From NCBI RefSeq assembly GCF_011386835.1, contig NC_088795.1:92132001-92196000 (forward strand): a stretch of 64,000 nt of DNA, in the 5' to 3' direction. This document shows positions 24,243 to 35,999 of this stretch, one piece after another. The translations under genes were made by a program, and so were the position numbers. Source of the DNA: Chrysemys picta bellii. Its lineage: Eukaryota. A model generated the notes under the pieces. It saw only the letters and a program-made list of their open reading frames with translations. It was not told the DNA's origin and made no database searches. Within the stretch, counting starts at the first letter, position 1. The number at the start of each line of letters is the position of its first letter.

Positions 24243-27004
24243 GCCCATTTCCCTATTTGGGAAGACAGAGCTAGGGAGAACAGCAGAGCTTCTCTTTGCA
24301 GCTAGATGAAAATTGCTGAGGAGCAGCTTGAGGATCTGCTCCCCAGTGTGCAGGCGAGGGCCAGCCTGTTTCTTTAAAGGAGGCTAGGGTACAGGACTTT
24401 GGAATGTAGAGAGAGGCAGATTTCCTTCCTGGTCCCTGATCAGCTGGAAACCAGGGTAGTGGCTGGGGAACACATTTTGCCCTGATGGGTAACTCCCTGG
24501 GAAATATGGGCATTTACCAGTTTCAGGCTGTCATAGATGGGGGAGGGAGAGGAAATAAAATTGCTTTTAGCGTTGATGTCCTGGGTATAAAAATGCTGGA
24601 ATAAAACACTCCCAGTGGAGTTAAATTAATGAGCTGAGTGCATGTGAGAAATCCAGAGGAATAAAACAAATGCAGTTTATTCCAAGCTATTCTATAGCTG
24701 CTAAAATACAGAATGGGTTCTTGTTACCACACAGTGTAGGCAGGGGTTCTGTAGCCATCTGTGTTCTGTCACACCAAAGTAACCATGGTCTAAATCAGTG
24801 GGAGTTGGGTAAGGGCATCAAGTGATACTGTCAAACCAGCAATTCTACCAAATAAAGAAAATCATCATTTGGTCAGATGGCTGTAAATACGGTCATGTTA
24901 CTAAAGAGGTTACCTGTTTGGTAAAAGTATTTTAGGGCTATCAACCAAACTACAGAGTAACACAATTTATATTACATAACTATTAATACCATTACACCGT
25001 GCAATTTAGTGCATGAATGTTGATGGCATTTATTATGCAATTAGGTGGAGCACATGTTTAGGAAGCAGTTTAGGAGCTAATCATGATTGCTCACATGATC
25101 TGGCTTGAACCATATGATGGACTTCCTCTGTATAGATAGAGCATGCATTTGTGAAGCAGTTAGCCTCTGTCTGTTGATTTTGCCACAACTCGTCCTCGTA
25201 CTTGTAATCTTAACTTTTGGTTTACTCATGGTTCTGTCTGTCAAACATTGATTTTATTGAACCGTATAAGAAATAGGAACTTTGAATTATTTCTTATACC
25301 AGTGGTGGAATATTTTCAAATTATTGACCATTTAAATTGTGCAAGCAACAAAACTAAATCTCATCAGAAGTACTACATATTGTCAAGGTAAGTCCATTTA
25401 TATTTATATTCATCATAGTGTGAGTAACAGCTATAGTAAAAGATGAACTGCAACTTTTATTTTCTCATATTTCTCTTTGTTCTGTACCCCTGTTTCCTCC
25501 TTTTCCCCTCCTTCACCCTACATATCTTGTTCAGTTGCTCCTAATATTCTTAAATAATTTATTTTGGGGCTGAAATTTTCCATCCAGGGTCTCAGAAGTT
25601 TAATTTTATATTTGTGAAAATGTCAGTAAGATCAGTTCAGGCAGTTTGAGAAGGGTGTGTGCATGCATGAGAAAGAGAATGTTTCCGTATGTTCTGATCA
25701 GAAATTTTGTGTACAAAACTCAACAAACCAATTTCTCCAACTTTGTTTATTTTGTACATTTCAATGAGATCCACAGAATAAGCCATGTTCCAAGGAAATT
25801 GGTTCAGTGTTATTTAAGTTACTTGCAGGCGCAGTGTAGGTTTTGTTAGGTTTCATAGTTTGATCTAAAGCTTAAAAACTTGCAGGTAGTAACTTGCAAT
25901 ACTATGCTATTAGGGTGTTTTTGCTCAATCTAAAGTGGCTTCGATCACTGGGGGCACTGTGGAGATCCATGTTTATTGATATTCGTGTTTGATTCCTGAT
26001 GTGGAACAAAAAACAAAATTTCAAACTTCTCCAAGAAAAGGAATGGAGCTCTGGCTTTAGAGCAGTCTGTCTGGTTGATTGCCCTTGAGCCATGGACCCT
26101 GTAAGACCTGGGATCCCTACCTCCGAGGCAATCCAACAGGAAGACAGCCAAGGAGCCTGGCAGGCACGCTGCCAGAAAACCAGGCAGGTTTCTGATATAT
26201 CCCGGCAGTTAGGGTTTCATTGAATTCCTACCAGGGTCACGTCAGAACTTTGTTGAAATTGAAAAATCTGTACTAAATGTTTTGATTTTGATGAATGGGC
26301 AAAACTTACAACAAAAATGTGTTGGAATTTTGCTGACCAGCTCTAGTATGAATAGTAGGAATTGTGCTTTAAAGATCTGAATGAGAGAATATTTTATTGG
26401 TCTAAAAGTCAGGGTTGAAATACTTTGTTGCCCTGGGAGCAAACGTTCAGATCTAGGGAGGGTTGACTCAGCCCTTCAGCCTATAGGTAGATAAATTGAA
26501 TTCTATGCAATTTACTGTGTGAATTTTCCAATCAAGAGCTTAAAAATGAAAGCACCCCTCTGCTCTTTGTGGATATTAAAGAGTATGTGGTGCATATTGT
26601 AAGAGCAGGGGTCAATGTCTGATGGTTTTCTATCACGGTTGTACAGTATCCCAAATGCCAGTTGGCTGCTTCTATCCATGCCTGAGGTACTGAGGTTGGG
26701 TGGCTGAATATGCAAAGTATGTCAATATGAAAGGTGTTGTTTAAATGCAAAGGAGCATTACAGGATACATTACTGTGAAATGCTGAATTAGGATGGCCCC
26801 CCACAGGAAACTGCTTCGTTTCATAATGAATGTTGCATAATTAGAGCAATATTAGAATCAATTTAACTAGTGTCAGATAGTTATTCAACCACATGTCCAC
26901 TAAGTGTGAAATTCTTAGTTGTGGTGTTTTTAAACATAAGTTACAGAATAACAGTTAAGAGGTATGTTTTCCTGTGTACTTTATTAACTTGACCCTCTTT
27001 GGAC

Positions 27005-27160
27005 TGACAGTGGGGTTTGAATCCTGGAACTACAGGGCAAAATGCATGAGTCACTACAATTTGAGCTAAATGAGTAACTCTGCATTAGCTGGCAGCTGTA
27101 ATAAACTTGTACCCTCTTATGGGGACCAGCCACTAGGTAGGGACAAAGATCCACATTCCC
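27005..27160 (-). mobile_element. Old tRNA-derived SINE-like fragment
   Basis: Reverse strand reads agctcaaattgtagtgactcatgc...ccaggattcaaacccc, with A-box-like and B-box-like motifs. Confidence 0.35.
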
Positions 27161-30042
27161 CTAGCGTTGGTTGTACTTGTTTAGTCAAGGGCAGCTGGGT
27201 TCAAGAGTCATGAAACCAACTGAATCTGAATGATGGACTTTACAAATTCAGCTAGCAATTATTGCCCACCTTTTCTCCTTCATTTAATAGAACAAACATA
27301 CAAAATACCCAACAGCAGCTACAAAAAATAAAGGAAATTTCCGTTTCAGTGCAATCTAAAAAACCAGCTCAGTATTAAGACTATCTGCAATGACTAAAGT
27401 CCGCAAGCTGATGGTTTTCATTCAGCATTTTAGAACCATTCTAAGTTAGCGTGGCTCTTTCAACTTTAATACTAGTGTGGTATAAAGTTGTATAAAACTT
27501 TAAAAACAGAATAAGAAAAAAGAATCCCTTTTTCTGCAAAGCTTTCCAGCGTTAATCTCCTGGATGATACTGTCCTATCTTCATCTGCTGTTTATATCAT
27601 TTTCCTGAGTATCACCTCAGTGTGTCTGATATGTTGTTCCTGTTTATTTACACATGATTTTTCTATGTTGTTTATTATTTATCTCTGCAAAGTTCAGGCT
27701 CTGTTATGCTGGGTGCTGTACAGACACACTAAAGGACAACACATGAGCTGCAACATCTACACAGCTATATTTAGCATGCTAGCTGGAGCCCTGCTAGCGC
27801 AAATCTGTGTACCTGGGCTGGATGGCTTTCTCCCAGCTGGAATATAGATGTGCCCTCTACAAGCTTAGTCCTGAAAATACTCTCCCATGCAACTAGTCCC
27901 GTTAACTAGTTCTGAGAATAAGGTTTTATATGATCAGGCCATTAGGGCTGCTCCCATGTTGAAGACAATGGCAGAATTCCCAGGGGGGAAATCCTAGCCC
28001 TTTGAAGTCAACAGGAATTTCCCTATTGACTTCAGTGGGACCAGGACTGCACCCTCATTATCTTCAGTGCTGGAAGATCTGTAAAGTCCTTGAGGAAGAA
28101 ATCTTGGGCCTGATTATAATCTCACAAATGAGATCAGAACGAAGCCCCCTGTCTTTTAGCATGGTTGTGAAGCATCATCAATGCTTCTTAATCATGTTTA
28201 TTCATTGCAATTAATGAAAAATCACCCAATTATTGTTTCAGAGTAATTTAGAATATCATTTTTCATTTAAACTTTTTGGTTAATTTTCACACACATTTAA
28301 AGAGAAAATCAGTGACACTAGCTTAACATCATGCCAGTAAAAAAGACATGAAGTGAATTATGGAGGTTGTTATGACAACACAGTACTATAAATACAAACT
28401 ATTGTAAACATCACAGACTAATTCCTTCCTCTCCTGGAGTCTTTTAGACAAATGGTTTCCATACCTGAAATACAAAATAGGTGATAATATAATCTCTTAT
28501 TAAATGCCAGATTGTGATTGTTTTATCACTGAGCAGACCCAATGATTTAACAGGCCTGCTTGTGTAAATAAGGTGATCACAGTTAAGCCATACAAGTTTA
28601 ACTCAGTGTTCGGTTTTTTTGCACAGTAGCAAGTACTTTACTTTTGCCATTCAGGTATAATAGCCACACACTTATTAATAATTGTAAACCAGATGAAGGA
28701 AAAGTGTACTGCATAACCATGGAAAATACATATGATGGGCCCAGTGAAATCTAGGGATGTGTGGGGGTAAATTAGGACAGATTTTGTCTCACTTTCTCTT
28801 TGTTTTAACCATTTCTGTGGTATCCAAATCATTGTCTAATATAGCAAGAGATCAAGTCATTCCAGTCAGCACAATACTGTGTACTGAATCTGCTTACAAA
28901 GGGTACGCTAAAGAAATACAGCCAGTAGCATTTCCCCTAAATTTGACACAGGCTATGTAATTTCCATGATATACCACTGCCTACAGTCTCTACCACAGGA
29001 GTCTGCCAGTGTATCTTAACACATTGCTGCTTTAGAGGGCTATGTCAACTAGACTTGTTTGCAGTGGGTCTTGTTGATCTTTCTTACTATACCAGGATGT
29101 GGCCTTAGGGAAGCAATGTCTCTCTCTCTGTTGTCACTATGAAAATAATCTCAGTCACTTAGAAATATCACACCATTTCCAGCTGAACCTAATATGAACT
29201 GGATAACCCTTTTGCATGGGAGAGAAAGAGAGCATGTTCTGGGGATTAGAGTAATAAATTGGGAGTCTGGAGTGCTGAATACTGTTCCTTGCTCTAACCC
29301 TTAACTTGCTGTATGCCTTCAAAAAGAGTGCTGGGAAAGTCACAGTGTAAGGCAGGGAGTCTTAAAAAAACCCATCACAAGAGAATGGGACAAGGGTCCC
29401 TGCCCAGAGACAGGTGATGGCTGGAGACCTGAGGCCTGATGGGCACTCCTGGGGTGGACTACAGAGTGGTGGAACATACAGGTGCAGTTATCCTGAAACG
29501 GAGAAAGTAATGCAGTGTTCAGAATTAAGGCCCCTATTCAGCACATGCTCTTAAGTCCCACTGATTTCAGTGGGACTTAAGAGCATGCCCAAGGGTTGTT
29601 TTGAATTGAGGCCTATATGCAGTAGGCCATGGGGAAGTTTCACCGGAGTCTTAGACTGTTACCTCCATGCTCTGTGATGTGATACCTCAGAATATGGAAC
29701 CCAAAACAGCTTTGACTCTTTTGGAGGGATGATTGAAGGTGGGATAGAGGAGTTTAAAAATGAAAACACAAAATTGAAAGTTACATTTATGTTTTTTCAT
29801 AATCAGTCCTGCAGCAGCTAGCTAGTTCAGCATTTATGGTAAGTAAAATGTACTCTTGTGTAGAGAGAGAATGTCTATAAAATCTTCATATAATTGGAGA
29901 AGTAAAAAATTGAGTTTCACGTTTGTTGGGTTTGGTCAATAAGCAAGAAACCTGATGGTGCTTGGCTGTAAGATATTTATATGTGCATTGCTCTGTAGTA
30001 TATAGTGTTATACTTCCCTGTGGACCAATATATTACATAATA

Positions 30043-30223
30043 TATAGAGATATACCTATCTCATAGAACTGGAAGGGACCCTGAAAGGTCATGGAGTCCA
30101 GCCCCCTGCCTTCACTAGCAGGACCAAATATTGATTTTGCCCCAGATTCCTAAGTGGCCCCCTCAAGGATTGAACTCACAACCCTGGGTTTAGCAGGTTA
30201 ATGCTCAAACCACTGAGCTACCC
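30043..30223 (-). mobile_element. Tortoise PolIII/SINE with an alternative CR1-type tail
   Basis: Reverse strand: A box TAGCTCAGTGG, B box GAGTTCAATCC, tail ctgctagtgaaggcagggggctggactccatgacctttcagggtcccttccagttctatgagataggtatatc. Confidence 0.9.
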
Positions 30224-30259
30224 TGTTTTGCATTTTTATAAAAGTAAATGTTTAGTTTG

Positions 30260-30527
30260 TGAAAGAGGCTGGACTGACGGCCCTGAAGACTGAAATTGTC
30301 TGGTTTATTCACAGAACAGGTGTAGCATGGGCAGCGGCAGCAGTATGCAGCCCTCCCTCAAACCATTCTAGTAATGTGCCTGAGACAACCATGATTTAAA
30401 GGCTTCATCTCTAGGGGTTGGAGGGTAGTTAATTCTTCATGTTCAATCCCTGTTGCCTCTGGGACTGCCAATAGGGTGTCCAGATTTGGTGATGACATGT
30501 TTCCACTAGAAACTGGCCTGGACTGAC
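30260..30527 (-). mobile_element. LF-SINE
   Basis: ggactgacggccctgaagactgaa...tttattcacagaacaggtgtagcatgggcagc...gagggtagtt...gactgccaa...ccactagaaactgg is colinear with the reverse complement of the recalled LF-SINE consensus. Confidence 0.7.
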
Positions 30528-31392
30528 AGTTATTAAATAAAAATACAAAGGACCTATTCTCATCTCATGCTGGTGTAGATCAGAAGTAATTCTTCTGAAG
30601 ACAGTGGAAGTACACACATGTAAATCCAGTGAAGGCAGATCATAATTTAATCCCTACAAATATTTTCTGCCCCAAAGATCCATCCTTCAGATCTCTATAA
30701 GGAGATAGTCTTACTCACTAGTTGTTTGAATTATAATGTTTTATGTCTATTGTTCTTTTCTTCTATAGCTGAAGCAATGTTTAGAAGAAGGGTCATAAAC
30801 GTTTATTAGTGCAGAAAAGTGCAGCATATGATATGAGCGTAGTGCTAATTCAGAACCTAACTATTTTCCTTTACATCTACTTTACAAGTGGCTTCCCATT
30901 CTGTGTTGGACTGGGCAGGGGAGGTAACCCTTATTCTTAATGATATTTCTACATGCAGTGTCACGCTGCTCTGCCTTCACATGGTGCTGCTTTGTCACTG
31001 CCAAGTTTTCCTGTAGGGAAAAAATAATCAGCTGACTTGCCTGCTTTAAACTCAGGTACCTTAGAGAAGTTAAAGTGCTCAGACTCTGATTTTATGGGTT
31101 TTTTTTAATGTTTTTAAGCCTTAAGTTCTTGCAACCTTCTCCCCTCTCCTCCCTATTTAACCCCCTCACCCCGCAGGAATACCTTTTTTGGAGAGGGGAT
31201 GGTAAAGAACAGCAAGAAAAAAACATAAGTTATAGGGTTAACTCATTTTCTTATTTTCCTGCCCTAATTGTGCATTCTTTCTGTAAAAATCACTAAAGCA
31301 TTTTCTTACAAGGCACAGCAAATCCAGATAAATCATAAATGATGTTTAAAAACAGCCACCCCAAAATGTAATTCTGTGGCTTTTTCCTACAG

Positions 31393-31479
31393 GTTTGCTA
31401 TCTCGCAGAACTTGTTGATATTCTTCCAAATAGAGAGCAGTTTTTATTTGCTCTGTTTTGCATCACATCAGATCTTATC
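31393..31479 (+). other. LNX1: 5' leader portion of the LNX1 RING exon
   Basis: Acceptor ctttttcctacag ends at 31392; 87 nt with no ATG precede the start codon at 31480. Confidence 0.75.
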
Positions 31480-31871
31480 ATGAGTCAAAAAGATTTGTCA
31501 GAAGAAGCGGAGGAGAGCCCTCAACCATTATGTATCACCTGTGGCCAACCACATTTACCAGAAGAGAACCACCTGTACAGCTACACAGAAGAAGTGGATG
31601 ATGATCTAATATGCCACATCTGCCTGCAAGCTTTGATCCAGCCACTGGACACTCCTTGTGGTCACACCTACTGCACAGTCTGCCTTACAAACTTCCTAGT
31701 GGAAAAAGACTTCTGCCCTGTGGATCGCAAAATTTTGATTCTACAGTCTTGCAGAAAGTCCAACATACTAGTAAATAAACTCCTGGATAAGCTAATGGTT
31801 AGCTGCCCTTTCACAGAACACTGCTCAGAGGTTTTGCAACGTTGTGACCTTGAACAGCATTTCCAAACTGG
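31480..31871 (+). CDS. LNX1: LNX1 (ligand of Numb protein X 1, E3 ubiquitin ligase) first coding exon of the p80 isoform: Zn-RING-Zn
   Basis: [63 protein letters not shown] matches recalled human LNX1 better than LNX2; canonical donor GG|GTAAGT at 31872, phase 2 (392 nt). Confidence 0.97.
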
Positions 31872-34377
31872 GTAAGTCCTACCCCCAACTTTTGTTTTTT
31901 GCTTGCTTGTTTGTTTGTCTGAGAAGGGAGTGAAAGCATCAGTAACCTGAAAGGAGTCCAACACATGCTGCTTATAATGGACAGTTAATTTAAACACAGA
32001 TTTCTCAAATTCAGCCCTGATAGAAGCTCATTGTATTCAAAGGAATTAAGTTAGGATTAAATTTGCCCATTCATTTGAGTATATTCTTATTCTCCTCACT
32101 ACAACAAACAAACTCAAATACACTAAGTTCTTTTGGGCAGTATCCTGGGGCTGATCAAGGAGGATATCTCCATGGTAATTTGTACAGTAAACATGTGTAT
32201 TTAATAATCCAAAATGATCTTTGAGTTATTGGGAGTAGGATATCTTAAATATTTTGTAGTTGCTATAAGGGGGGTATAAATTGCCTTCTCTTTCTTTAAA
32301 AGTTACCTATATGTGAAACTGAGAAGAACTTATCAAGTAAGATGTTCAAAAGCACTTCAGGCCCAATTTCAGAAATGACTTAAACACTTAGAAGCCTAAA
32401 TCCCATTGAAAGTCAGTGGCACTTAGGCTCCTAAATCACTTTTGAAAATGATACTTAAGCTCCTAAATTATGTAGGTGTTTTTGAGCCCTTTACCTGTGA
32501 CCTTCAATGATGCTATCCTGCTCTACACCACCCACGGATCTGGCCAACTTTGTATTGTCAAAACTGAAAGACATTTTAAAATGTGGGCCCCCAACATGCA
32601 TGTGCTTGTTCCTTGGTGTTTATGCAACCATAATTTGTGGCTACATATTGGTCATATGTAGTTCTGAAATTAGATTTCATTGCTCACTGTGATGGTATTT
32701 GAAAACTCATGATTTAATCACCTCCTTTTTTTAATTTCCTGGTTCTGATTGTTTTTTTGATCAGCTGTGGTGTGTTCTATGTTGTTTTTAGCTTTCTCTC
32801 TTTCAAAGGGGATGAGTTAGCAATGTCACTTTAAAGTTTTAACCTTTGGCCAATACTCTTATCTGAGGCATGAAAAAAGTATTAATAGTGATAGTAGTGA
32901 ACTAACCATAGTGCTTTGGCTGTATAATACTATTGTGCAACTTTGCTGCTCCTCTACAGTAAGTGTATTTGATTCAAGACTCTGTTAGTTGGAAGACTCT
33001 AGTTCCACCAGCCTCTCTCTTCTCCACAATTCATACAATTTGTGTATGTCTTTTGGATACCCTTCAATTAGATCTCAGTAGAACTGCTGATTGTATAACT
33101 ATTGTAGGCTTCTCTCTGTGGATGGCACTTGGGTGATCTACAGTTTTTGAAGGACAAACCCACTGCACTTTCCATGAGGTCATGAGGCAACCCACACAAG
33201 CAAACCCCTCCCCAAAGTAAGAGTTAAGAGGAAACTTCATGAGTACCAGCTGGCCGAGTTTCCTTGCCCCTATACCAGAATGACCTACTTAGGAGACTTT
33301 CAAACCCTATATTTGTAGATAAAGAGTATTAATTGTTTTGATGCAACCATTTGGTAATTATCACTACCACTCTTTGTTGCTTGTGACTACTTTAGCCCAG
33401 TGAGGTGCAGAAACCCCACTTGCAGTCTGAATTCCAGTCCATAATAGTACAGGAGACAAGAAGGGCTGCATGTGCTTCAAGCAAGGAATCTGTCTCATCT
33501 AGGCAAAACACAGATTGAAATGACAGTGTTCTGTTTAGCACTGGCAAATCAATATGGGAGGGAGAAGGTGTATGATTCTGCTAATAAAGTAGTCTGATGC
33601 TTGTGGAGGGAGCAACTCAAACCCAGACTGAAACCTCTGCTAAATGTGACTGTTGTTCTCAGTGAATAAATCAAAGTGGATTCTATTAGAGTCATCAGTG
33701 TAGCCAGCTATTGACAGATTCTTTTATAAATCTGTCTCTGGCCTGTTCTTTTTCTCAGAGAGAAAATGAAAGCTCCCTCCTTTTCACAGATGAGATAATT
33801 GATAGGACAAGGTGAGTTTCTTGCATATTTATGCTTGTGCTTAATAAGAGAACTTTAATTGCTTATAACTGGAATCGGCACAAACATGCATTAAAAACAT
33901 TCTCATTTAAAATTAGTTCTTTGTATTATTTAAAAAAGACAGAGAAGATGTGTCCTGGGTTCATATTTAAATTACCTTTGCACAAAAACATCTAGCTGAA
34001 TACTGAGAATTTAGATTGGTTATTGATTCCAGTTCAATCAGTTAAGCTCCTTTGTGGTATTTTACTTTAAAAAGGTGTGGTCATCCTACATTGCTTGCTT
34101 TGGAGCTGCGGGGGAGGGAGGTTCATTTGCCATGTTGAGACTACTACACCCTTCTCTGATGCAGTTTAGCTCATAACCCATCTGCTTCTGGCCAGTGATG
34201 TAAATGTACCAGCTGCTTCTGAAGAACCACTCTGAATACTGCAGGAGGCAGGTCTCTTTCCTGTGCATCAGCCTGCTCTGCAGCATAAGTCACTATCTCG
34301 CCAACCATGCTGTGCTGTCCCTAAACCCTCACATCTACCCATCTGAGAATCAGATCAAGTAATCCTCTTACAGGTCA

Positions 34378-34465
34378 ATGATTTTTCAGCATAGCTTCGT
34401 TTAAGGGATTTAAACTTGATTCATAATGTGCTACCAATTGCGTTGAAATGGAAAGGCTCGTTTAG
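34378..34465 (+). promoter_or_regulatory. LNX1: Cluster of three short uORFs in the p70 5' leader
   Basis: 34378-34404 MIFQHSFV*, 34426-34446 MCYQLR*, 34448-34465 MERLV*; all end upstream of the p70 ATG; the TSS is not known. Confidence 0.6.
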
Positions 34466-34566
34466 AAAGGGTTTGGCTGACAAGCTTGAAGTTCTGTGTC
34501 CCATCAGCAGGCAGAGAAAAAGTGGGAAGGAGGAAACCTAGCAGCAGTGCCAGCCCTACGCTGAAA

Positions 34567-34658
34567 ATGAAGGCTCTTCTGTTACTGGTCCTACCTTGGC
34601 TAAGTCCTGCAAACTACATAGACAATGTGGGCAATCTGCACTTCCTGTACTCAGAGCT
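34567..34658 (+). CDS. LNX1: LNX1 alternative first coding exon of the RING-less p70 isoform
   Basis: Encodes MKALLLLVLPWLSPANYIDNVGNLHFLYSE(L), matching my recollection of the mammalian LNX1 p70 N-terminus; donor CT|GTGAGT at 34659 is phase 2, the same phase as the RING exon. Confidence 0.92.
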
Positions 34659-34746
34659 GTGAGTACTCACAGTCGTGCTGTTGTTGTGGTCTCTGTGTGT
34701 GTCTATGTATTGTCTTTTTAATGGAGAAATTTTTGGTATGCAATAC

Positions 34747-34768
34747 GTGTGTGTGTGTGTGTGTGTGT
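34747..34768. repeat. (GT)11 microsatellite
   Basis: Read directly; about 90 bp downstream of the p70 donor. Confidence 0.95.
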
Positions 34769-35977
34769 AAACTACAAAGCATCTTGCCAAGGGCTTAAAA
34801 CAATGCCACACACAGCCTGCATCTGATTGGAAGGACTAATAATAGCAATACTTCTCTAGTGCTTTCCACTTTTGAAATATGGAAGCAGCTGAGACAAGCT
34901 GAATGAAGCAGTCTTTCTGTCTCCTTGTCAACTTTGCTTTTCTGGGCTGGTGTTTCTGATTGTTGTTTTTGTTTTTTTGCCCCTTTGTGTCTCCTTTTCT
35001 GTCCATAAATAGACTCAAACAGAAGATGAGAGTAGAGCATGGGATCATAGATACAAACCCTTTGTAAATCACTCTGTGTGCATATGTGTTCTCTGTGTAA
35101 ATCTGCACACCTTTGGTAAAACACCCCATCACTGAAAACGCTTTCCCATACATAATTCACTTATGAGAGGAAAGAAATCCCCCATGTTTATGGTTTTTGC
35201 CTATACCAGAATGTTGTTTTCTCTCTAATATTGCCTATTTTAAATGTAATGATCCACATTTACATCATCTGGTGTGTTAAAAACATAACTGACCTTGCCA
35301 AAGCTTACAATAAATACTCTGTCACTTCATGCGTGGTCAATAAATGATGCTAGTTTAATTAAAGCTTAGATGCAATGGTAATAGGTGCTGTTTAAATGCA
35401 GATAAATATAGTAATGCATTATAAGAATATTAGCAAATATGGTCTGAAGTAAAATAGGTTTTATTAATTTCAACATGTTGCTTGAGATGAATGAATGAAG
35501 TGGCTTATTTTGCTAAAGAATTATAAGGTAACTACCCTTTGAAGGGGAGTTGATAAGAACAGTTTTAATTCACAGGATATGTTTGTGGTTGTGTTGTCTC
35601 TGCTCTCATACCAAACTCATAGCGTTTGAGATAACAAAAAGTCCCCTTTTGAAATTCTTGTTTGATGTGCATGACAGCAATTAATAATTCAGTAATTCTT
35701 TACGGTGCTACTCAGGATTTCTATCTGCCATACAGTCTTTTTTAAATATTAAAAAGAATGTGGCTTAGACAACCATAGCCAAAACGCTAAATTAAAATCA
35801 GGGTTGTGCTAAGAATGTTCATTTACAAAAATAAATCACTTAAGCAAAGCAAGCTACAGAAAATCAAGCAGAAACTGGAGCAGATGAACATTTATAATGG
35901 AAACAATGGCATCTGGGGCATCCAGTTTCCAGGAAAGCAAACTGATGAGATTAATCGGAGCTTGTGTACACGTAGGT

Positions 35978-35999
35978 ACACACACACACACACACACAC
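35978..35999. repeat. (AC)11 microsatellite
   Basis: Read directly. Confidence 0.95.

Noticed and set aside
34747-35999. (GT)11 and (AC)11 as an inverted pair downstream of the p70 exon
   Set aside because: Dinucleotide microsatellites are common; 22-bp pairing over 1.2 kb is not compelling
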